Source: a bacterium (GTDB lineage: Bacteria; Patescibacteriota; Minisyncoccia; Minisyncoccales; RBG-13-42-11). Taken from it: a DNA stretch of 51,468 bases. A program made the position numbers and the translations under genes. The first letter of the stretch is position 1, and the number at the start of each line of letters is the position of its first letter. The notes beneath the pieces are model-generated. The model was not told the DNA's origin. It saw only the letters and a list, made by a program, of their open reading frames with translations, and made no database searches. Where the stretch lies: the NCBI GenBank assembly GCA_030646565.1, contig JAUSLA010000015.1, forward strand, positions 1 through 51,468, in the 5' to 3' direction. This document shows positions 44,977-51,468 of this stretch, one piece after another.

Positions 44977-45059
44977 ATGAATTATAATCCGCAGGTAATT
45001 GAAAAAAAGTGGCCCCGTAAAGATTTTTCTATGGAAAAATCAACGGGGCAAGCAGAAAC
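44977..45059 (+). pseudogene. Dead duplicate of the leuS 5' end, interrupted by a 40-bp family E element (45013-45052)
   Basis: After excising the insert it reads MNYNPQVIEKKWQK, versus leuS MKYEPQKIEPKWQK. Confidence 0.82.
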
Positions 45060-47549
45060 ATGAAATATGAACCGCAGAAAATAGAACCTAAATGGCAAAA
45101 GTATTGGGAGGAACAGGGATATTATCTGGCAGAGGATTTTTCAAAAAAGCCAAAAAAGTATATTTTATTTGAATTTCCTTATCCTTCGGGGGAAGGTCTT
45201 CACGTTGGCCACGCTAGGAGTTATGTTGCCATAGACGCCCTTTCCAGAAAAAAAAGAATGGAAGGATATAATGTTTTATTCCCAATTGGCTGGGATGCTT
45301 TTGGTTTGCCGACAGAGAATTACGCCATCAAAACCGGTATTCATCCCCAAAAAGCAACCGAGCAAAACATCGCTAATTTTAAAAGACAAATGAAAAACTT
45401 GGGCCTTTCTTTTGATTGGTCAAGAGAAATTAATACCACCGACCAAAAATACTACAAATGGACTCAATGGATTTTTCTTAAACTCTACGAGAGGGACTTA
45501 GCTTACCAAGCGGAAATTCCGGTGAATTGGTGTCCTTCCTGTAAAATTGGCTTGGCTAATGAAGAAGTTGTTGGCGCAGGATGCGAGAGATGTGGGACTC
45601 CTGTTGAAAAAAAGATTTTAAAGCAGTGGATGCTTAAAATTACCTCGTACGCAGACAGATTAATAGACGACTTGGAGATGGTTGATTATCCAGAGAGAGT
45701 GAAGTCCCAGCAAAAAAACTGGATCGGTAAAAGCTATGGCGTAGAGATTGATTTTAAGACAACAGGGGCGGAAGAAATAGGCGAAGAGGACAAGTCCTCT
45801 TCTTCACCTTCGTCCCGCAAGCGGGACTCGGTCATTAAGGTTTTTACCACCAGAGCAGACACTCTTTTTGGAGTAACGGCAGTTGTTTTAGCTCCCGAAC
45901 ACGAAATTATTTCAAAATTAAAATCTCGAATTTTAAATCTGAAAGAGGTGCAAGATTACATTAATCAAGCGGTAAAGAGGAGTGAATTTGAGAGGACAGA
46001 ATTGGCGAAAGAAAAAACGGGAGTTGAGTTAAAAGGAGTTAAAGCGATAAATCCGGCTAACGGAGAAGAGGTGCCGGTCTGGGTAGGAGATTATGTGGTG
46101 GCTGTTTATGGCGGCGGAGCGGTTATGGTAGTTCCTGCTCACGATTTTAGGGATTACGATTTTGCCAAAAAATACGGCCTGGAGATAAGAGAAGTTGTTT
46201 CGGTTTGCCCGCCGAAGCCCGAAGGGCGAAGGTGGGGCGGAGATATTTCGAGGGAAGCTTTTGTTGGCTACGGCGTTTTAATTAACTCGGGCCAATTTAA
46301 TGGTTTAACTTCTGAAAAAGCAATTGAAGAAATCACCGCCTGGCTTGAAGTAAGGAATGAAAGTAAAAAAACAATAAAATACAAATTAAGGGACTGGGTT
46401 TTTTCCAGGCAGCATTACTGGGGAGAGCCGATTCCAATTATTCATTGTCCAAAATGCGGGGCAGTGCCGGTGTTAGAAAAAGATTTACCGATAGAGCTTC
46501 CTTATGTTGAAAAATATCAGCCAACAGGAACGGGTGAATCGCCTTTGGCAGTGATTTCAGAATGGGTTAACGTTGCTTGTCCTGAATGCGGCAGCCCGGC
46601 TAAAAGGGAAACAGACACTATGCCCAACTGGGCTGGTTCTAACTGGTATTATATAAGATATTGCGACCCGGATAATAGCAAAGAAATAGCCGATTCTCAA
46701 AAATTGAAATATTGGCTTCCGGTTGACTGGTATAACGGCGGAATGGAGCACACCACTTTGCATCTTTTATATTCTCGTTTTATATATAAATTTCTTTTTG
46801 ATATCAGGGTTGTTTTTCAGCCAGAGCCCTACAAAAAAAGAACTTCACACGGCATGGTCTTGGCCCAAGACGGCAGAAAAATGTCAAAGTCTTTCGGAAA
46901 TGTTATTAATCCTGACGATATTGTCCGGCAATATGGAGCCGACACTCTGCGACTTTATGAAATGTTTATGGGGCCTTTCGGGGAAACAATTGCCTGGAAC
47001 AGCCAAGGATTGAAAGGGTGCCATCGTTTTTTGGAAAAAGTTTGGAGATTAGCTTTAGAATCATCTGCAGAAAATAAAACCAGCGCTAATATATTAAGGG
47101 CCCTGCACAAATTGAATAAAAAAGTGGAAGAGGACTTAGAGGAAACAAAATTTAACACGATAATTGCATCTTTTATGGAGTTTGTTAACCTGGCCCTGGA
47201 GAATGAAAAAGAAATTAGTAGAGAGGCAATTGAGCGATTCTTAATTTTACTTTCTCCTTTTGCTCCCCATATTTCAGAAGAGTTGTGGGAGAAGATTGGG
47301 AAAAATGGCAGCATTCAAAAGCAAGAATGGCCAAAGTACGATCCGTTATTAGTTAAAGAAGAGATTGTTAATTTGATTATTCAGATCAATGGAAAAGTCC
47401 GGGACAAGATTGAGGTTGACCCGGCTCTTTCCGAAGAAAAAGCCAAAGAGATTGCGTTTGCGCGAGAAAAAATTAAAAAATGGATAGATGGCAAGGAAAT
47501 AAAAAAAATAATTTTCATTAAAGATAAGATCATAAATATCGTCGTATAG
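45060..47549 (+). CDS. leuS: Leucine--tRNA ligase with two in-frame inserts
   Basis: FPYPSG.GLHVGH, GWDAFGLP.EN, VFTTR.DT, RDW.FSRQ.YWG.P and KMSKS motifs. Confidence 0.97.
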   Translation: MKYEPQKIEPKWQKYWEEQGYYLAEDFSKKPKKYILFEFPYPSGEGLHVGHARSYVAIDALSRKKRMEGYNVLFPIGWDAFGLPTENYAIKTGIHPQKATEQNIANFKRQMKNLGLSFDWSREINTTDQKYYKWTQWIFLKLYERDLAYQAEIPVNWCPSCKIGLANEEVVGAGCERCGTPVEKKILKQWMLKITSYADRLIDDLEMVDYPERVKSQQKNWIGKSYGVEIDFKTTGAEEIGEEDKSSSSPSSRKRDSVIKVFTTRADTLFGVTAVVLAPEHEIISKLKSRILNLKEVQDYINQAVKRSEFERTELAKEKTGVELKGVKAINPANGEEVPVWVGDYVVAVYGGGAVMVVPAHDFRDYDFAKKYGLEIREVVSVCPPKPEGRRWGGDISREAFVGYGVLINSGQFNGLTSEKAIEEITAWLEVRNESKKTIKYKLRDWVFSRQHYWGEPIPIIHCPKCGAVPVLEKDLPIELPYVEKYQPTGTGESPLAVISEWVNVACPECGSPAKRETDTMPNWAGSNWYYIRYCDPDNSKEIADSQKLKYWLPVDWYNGGMEHTTLHLLYSRFIYKFLFDIRVVFQPEPYKKRTSHGMVLAQDGRKMSKSFGNVINPDDIVRQYGADTLRLYEMFMGPFGETIAWNSQGLKGCHRFLEKVWRLALESSAENKTSANILRALHKLNKKVEEDLEETKFNTIIASFMEFVNLALENEKEISREAIERFLILLSPFAPHISEELWEKIGKNGSIQKQEWPKYDPLLVKEEIVNLIIQINGKVRDKIEVDPALSEEKAKEIAFAREKIKKWIDGKEIKKIIFIKDKIINIVV
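45779..45832 (-). repeat. 54-bp family A element, in-frame in leuS
   Basis: aggcgaagaggacaagtcctcttcttcaccttcgtcccgcaagcgggactcggt; removal gives EEIIKVFTTR. Confidence 0.93.
46205..46237 (+). repeat. Short palindromic in-frame insert in leuS
   Basis: ttgcccgccgaagcccgaagggcgaaggtgggg (CPPKPEGRRW). Confidence 0.6.
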
Positions 47550-47574
47550 TTTAAAAATTAGAAATTTCGTTATT

Positions 47575-49401
47575 ATGTGTGGAATAGTCGGTTATATCGG
47601 GAAACAAAAAGCCCTGCCGATTTTAATGGAGGGGCTAAGAAGAGAAAGCTACCGCGGGTATGATTCCAGCGGTATTGTTGTTTTGGATAATGGAAAGCCG
47701 GTTTGCGTAAAAGCTGTCGGGAAATTGGAAAATTTAGAGAAAAAACTTCAGGGAAACCAATTAGATGGTTCTGTGGGGGTGGGCCACGTTCGCTGGTCAA
47801 CCCATGGCGGTGTTACGGAAGAAAATGCTCATCCTCATTCAGATTGCCAGGGGAATATTTTTTTAGTTCATAATGGAATAATTGAAAACTATAAAGAGTT
47901 AAAAGATAAGCTAATATCAGAAGGCCATAAATTTGTTTCAGAAACAGATACGGAAACAATAATCCATCTTATTGAAAAATTTTTCAAGGGAAATTTAGAG
48001 AAGGCGGTTAGAGAAGCCCTTCCTTTGCTCAAGGGAACCTATGGATTAGCTGTTATAGCTCGCGACGACCCTCAAAAAATTGTAGTCGCCCGTCTTTCTA
48101 GTCCCTTGCTGGTTGGTTTGGGGGATAATGAATATTTAGTTGCTTCCGACCCTGCTGCAATAATTGCCCATACAAAAAAAGTTATTTATCTTGACGATGG
48201 AGAGATAGTTACCCTGACCCCGGATAATTTTTTTATACAAGACGCGAATCAAAATCATGTGGAAAAAACAGTTAACGAGATCGACTGGAACATTGAAGAG
48301 GCGCAGAAGGGTGGTTACTCTCATTTTATGCTCAAAGAAATAATAGAGCAACCGGAAAGCATCACTAATACTCTAAGGGGAAAGTTGATTGCAGAATCTG
48401 GTTCGGCAAAACTCGGCGGGTTGGAATTAGTCCAGGAGAAACTGAAAGAAGTAGAAAGGTTTAACATTGTCGCTTGCGGCACGGCGTATTATGCGTCTTT
48501 GGTGGGCAGGTATATGCTGGAAGAATATGCGGGCATTCCTTGTGAAGCGGATTTTGCTTCAGAATTCCGCTACCGAAAATTTATATTAACCAAAAAAACC
48601 GCTTCTCTTTTTATTTCCCAATCAGGAGAAACAGCCGATACTTTGGCCGCCTTGGCCGAGGTAAAAAGGAAAGGAGGATTAACTTTGAGTATTGTTAATG
48701 TGGTTGGCTCTTCGGTCGCCAGAGAAACAGACGCCGGGGTTTACAATCACGCTGGCCCTGAAATCGGAGTAGCCTCAACAAAGGCCTTCACTTCTCAGTT
48801 GGCCATATTGGCGTTATTAACCTTGTTTTTAGGAAGGCAGAGAGAAATGTCTTTGGTGACGGGGCAAAGAATTGTCAAAGAGATTTCAAGAATCCCCGAG
48901 CTCTCAAGGAAAGTTTTGGAGAATAATGGTAAGATAAAAGAGCTGGCGGAAAAATACAAAAATTTTGACAACTTTCTTTTTCTTGGCAGAAAATACAATT
49001 ATCCCGTTGCTTTGGAGGGAGCTTTAAAATTAAAAGAAATATCCTATATTCACGCGGAAGGCTGCGGCGCCGGCGAAATGAAGCACGGCCCCATTGCTTT
49101 AATTGATGAAAAATTTCCAACCGTGGCTATCTGTCCTTTAGATTCTGTCTATGAAAAAATGGTTTCCAATATTGAAGAAATAAGAGCGAGAAAGGGCCCT
49201 GTAATTGCCATTGCCACAGAGGGAGACAAAGATATTGAAAAAATAGCTGACGATGTAATCTATATTCCAAAAACTTTGGAAATGCTGACTCCCATTCTGT
49301 CAGTCATTCCTCTCCAGCTTTTTGCTTATCATATGGCCGTCTTAAATGGAAAAGATCCGGATTATCCCCGGAATCTTGCGAAAAGTTGCACGGTGGAGTA
49401 A
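47575..49401 (+). CDS. glmS: Glutamine--fructose-6-phosphate aminotransferase
   Basis: MCGIVG, YRGYDS.G, HNGIIEN, SQSGETADT, EGALKLKEISY and PRNLAKS.TVE motifs. Confidence 0.98.
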   Translation: MCGIVGYIGKQKALPILMEGLRRESYRGYDSSGIVVLDNGKPVCVKAVGKLENLEKKLQGNQLDGSVGVGHVRWSTHGGVTEENAHPHSDCQGNIFLVHNGIIENYKELKDKLISEGHKFVSETDTETIIHLIEKFFKGNLEKAVREALPLLKGTYGLAVIARDDPQKIVVARLSSPLLVGLGDNEYLVASDPAAIIAHTKKVIYLDDGEIVTLTPDNFFIQDANQNHVEKTVNEIDWNIEEAQKGGYSHFMLKEIIEQPESITNTLRGKLIAESGSAKLGGLELVQEKLKEVERFNIVACGTAYYASLVGRYMLEEYAGIPCEADFASEFRYRKFILTKKTASLFISQSGETADTLAALAEVKRKGGLTLSIVNVVGSSVARETDAGVYNHAGPEIGVASTKAFTSQLAILALLTLFLGRQREMSLVTGQRIVKEISRIPELSRKVLENNGKIKELAEKYKNFDNFLFLGRKYNYPVALEGALKLKEISYIHAEGCGAGEMKHGPIALIDEKFPTVAICPLDSVYEKMVSNIEEIRARKGPVIAIATEGDKDIEKIADDVIYIPKTLEMLTPILSVIPLQLFAYHMAVLNGKDPDYPRNLAKSCTVE

Positions 49402-49433
49402 ATTATTCGTATAAATTCGTAATTCGTAGGGTT

Positions 49434-51155
49434 ATGGAAAATCTTTTGTTAAACCAACCGAATAAAAAAATAATTTTACTGGGCAATGAAGCTATTGTTA
49501 GGGGGGCTTTGGAATCGGGGGTTCAATTTGTTTCTACGTATCCTGGCACTCCGGCTTCGGAAATCGGCAATACATTTTTTAAACTATCCCAAGATAAAGA
49601 ATACAAAGGATATTTTGAATTTTCGGTAAATGAAAAAACGGCTTTAGAAGCAGGTATCGGAGCCTCTTTTTCAGGACTTAAAACTTTGGTGGCAATGAAA
49701 AATTTTGGCGTGAATGTTTGCCTAGACGCTTTACTGCCTTTTATTTATACGGGAACAAAAGGGCCGACAGTTATTGTTGTTGCCGATGATCCTTCTTGCC
49801 ACAGTTCCGCCCAATCCGAAGAAAACAGCAGAGGATTCGCTTATCTTGCGCATATTCCGATATTAGAACCCGCTGATCCGCAAGAGTGCAAAGATTTTTT
49901 GAAATTAGCTTTTCGAATTTCCGAAAAATTTAAAATTCCTGTAATGCTTAGAACAACCACCAGAGTCAGCCATCAGCGTATGCCGGTATTGTTAAATAAA
50001 TTACCTGTCGCAAAACTTGGCCTTCCGGGAAATTTCGTTAAAAATCCGAAAAATTTTATTACTTTCCCGCCGAGGGTTTTAGAGATGAAAAAAGAGTTAT
50101 TGGAAAAAATTGAAAAGATAAGAAGTCTCGCGGAAAATTCTTCAATCAATATTATCGATCATAAAGGATCTTATGGCGGAAAAAAACTCGGCATTATTAC
50201 TTCGGGTATTTCGTACCTCAACACAAAAGAAGCATTAAAAGAGCTTGATTTAAATTTGCCGATCTTGAAATTAGGATTTTTTAATCCTTTGCCGGAACAA
50301 AAAATAACAGTTTTTTTAAAAGGGCTCAAAAAAGTTTTAATAGTAGAAGAACTGGAACCATATTTGGAAAAAGAGTTGCTCGGCCTAGCTAAAAAAACGA
50401 ATTGCAAAATAGAAGTGGTGGGAAAAGAGTTATTGCCGGAAATCGGAGAGTTAAAGCCAGAGACTGTCGCCCTAGCTATTGCTAAATTTTCAAACACAAA
50501 ATACGAGATACAAAATATAAAATATAAAACACAGGCCTTGAAACGTTTTCCTCAGCTTTGTCCGGGATGTCCTTACTGGGCGGTATTGTCTGCTGTTAAG
50601 AAAGCTGTTGATCCTGAAAAAGTTATTTTTGGCGGAGATATCGGTTGCTATATGCTGTTTGGAATGCCCAATCTTAATATGCAAGATTATTTACTCTGTA
50701 TGGGTTCTTCTATTGGAATTGCTCACGGCATCAAAAAAGCGACTGCCGGCCAAAAGCTTATTGCTTTTATTGGAGACTCAACTTTTTTGCATGCGGGGAT
50801 TCCGGCTTTGATCAATACGATTTTTAATAAATCAAATCCTTTAATTATTATTTTAGACAATCAGACCACAGCAATGACCGGCCATCAGCCGAATCCCGCT
50901 ATGGCGAAAAAAATTAATGAAGAATATAAATTCGGCTTCACTGATCCCGATTTTTCCGCAAAAAGCGATGGATGCCAGCCGGCAATAATTATTGAAGACA
51001 TAGTGCGCGCTTGCGGAGTTAAAAATTTAAAAGTAATCGATCAGGTTAAGCAGGAAGAACTTGTGGGTACGATAAAAGAATTTTTAGAAAAAGACGAGGT
51101 TTCAGTGATTATTGCCCGCAAAATGTGCGCGCTATTGGCAAAAAGTTTAAAATAA
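49434..51155 (+). CDS. iorA: Indolepyruvate:ferredoxin oxidoreductase alpha subunit
   Basis: LLGNEAIVRGALE.G, YPGTP.SEI, NEK.ALE, ADDPS.HSS, LCPGCP, GDIGCY, GDSTF.H.G and AMTGHQ motifs. Confidence 0.93.
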   Translation: MENLLLNQPNKKIILLGNEAIVRGALESGVQFVSTYPGTPASEIGNTFFKLSQDKEYKGYFEFSVNEKTALEAGIGASFSGLKTLVAMKNFGVNVCLDALLPFIYTGTKGPTVIVVADDPSCHSSAQSEENSRGFAYLAHIPILEPADPQECKDFLKLAFRISEKFKIPVMLRTTTRVSHQRMPVLLNKLPVAKLGLPGNFVKNPKNFITFPPRVLEMKKELLEKIEKIRSLAENSSINIIDHKGSYGGKKLGIITSGISYLNTKEALKELDLNLPILKLGFFNPLPEQKITVFLKGLKKVLIVEELEPYLEKELLGLAKKTNCKIEVVGKELLPEIGELKPETVALAIAKFSNTKYEIQNIKYKTQALKRFPQLCPGCPYWAVLSAVKKAVDPEKVIFGGDIGCYMLFGMPNLNMQDYLLCMGSSIGIAHGIKKATAGQKLIAFIGDSTFLHAGIPALINTIFNKSNPLIIILDNQTTAMTGHQPNPAMAKKINEEYKFGFTDPDFSAKSDGCQPAIIIEDIVRACGVKNLKVIDQVKQEELVGTIKEFLEKDEVSVIIARKMCALLAKSLK

Positions 51156-51156
51156 G

Positions 51157-51468
51157 ATGTCTGATAAAATCAATGAATTCAATATCGTTATTGTCGGAGT
51201 CGGAGGCCAAGGGCTTTTAACTATTCTGCAGATTATTGCAGAAGCCGCCCTTTTGGAAGGTTATAAAGTAAGGACTTCCGAGCTTCACGGGCTGGCTCAA
51301 AGGGGAGGGTCAGTAGAGGTTCATATTAGGTTTGGAAAGCAAATTTTCTCTCCGTTGGTTCCGGCTCAAAAAGCAGACTTGATAATGGCTTTGGAAATGC
51401 AGGAAGCTCTTCGCGGAAGATATTTTGCAAACGCAAAAACGAAATTTATGGTGAATAAGTATGTTATA
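51157..51468 (+). CDS. iorB: Indolepyruvate oxidoreductase beta subunit (runs off the window end)
   Basis: NIVIVGVGGQG, SELHGLAQRGGSV..HIR.G and ALE..EALR motifs. Confidence 0.92.
   Translation, partial: MSDKINEFNIVIVGVGGQGLLTILQIIAEAALLEGYKVRTSELHGLAQRGGSVEVHIRFGKQIFSPLVPAQKADLIMALEMQEALRGRYFANAKTKFMVNKYVI

Noticed and set aside
27250..47549. Inteins or group I/II introns as the explanation for the protein insertions
   Set aside because: The inserts are only about 20-145 bp, lack intein terminal residues and intron core motifs, and also occur between genes.
47550..47574. glmS ribozyme
   Set aside because: Only 25 nt separate leuS and glmS, and no core motif is visible.
50925..50985. Possible further palindromic insert in iorA
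   Set aside because: The pairing is weak and it matches none of the repeat families; an orthologue alignment is needed.
1..51468. Alternative genetic code (TGA = Gly/Trp)
   Set aside because: Long conserved genes translate fully in code 11, and TGA ends genes such as purF and the DUF475 gene.

Overview
AT-rich, gene-dense bacterial chromosome segment read in the standard code (TGA = stop). Shine-Dalgarno sites are mostly absent and the gene content fits a CPR/Patescibacteria (Parcubacteria-like) genome; the taxonomy is inferred. It carries housekeeping genes: rrf2-iscS-iscU, gpmA, eno, trxB, nnrD, ftsZ, FKBP, ychF, typA, a DEAD-box helicase, purF, smpB-tmRNA-infC-rpmI-rplT, argS, ileS, recO, glyQS, rsmI, metG, tatD, mtnP, leuS, glmS and iorAB. 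There are also a few accessory genes: an NYN nuclease, Pif1, a RelE toxin-antitoxin pair and a ferritin-like histidine kinase. The main unexplained signal is very dense colonisation by several families of tiny palindromic elements (about 20-130 bp). The largest is a two-hairpin element at roughly 25-30 loci with freely covarying stems and no target duplication. It nests inside itself and sits in-frame in essential proteins (FtsZ, IleRS, LeuRS, MetRS, TatD, TrxB). There are also MITEs with 4-bp target duplications (in iscS and at the smpB start) and a CCCCG..CGGGGCAAG family. Other notable items: an unassigned ~190-nt RNA with its own promoter and two predicted pseudoknots, a convergent small RNA at the NYN nuclease 3' end, and diverged duplicates of gene ends (tatD, leuS, glyQS) that look like allele-replacement scars. 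All calls were made by eye; no searches were run.
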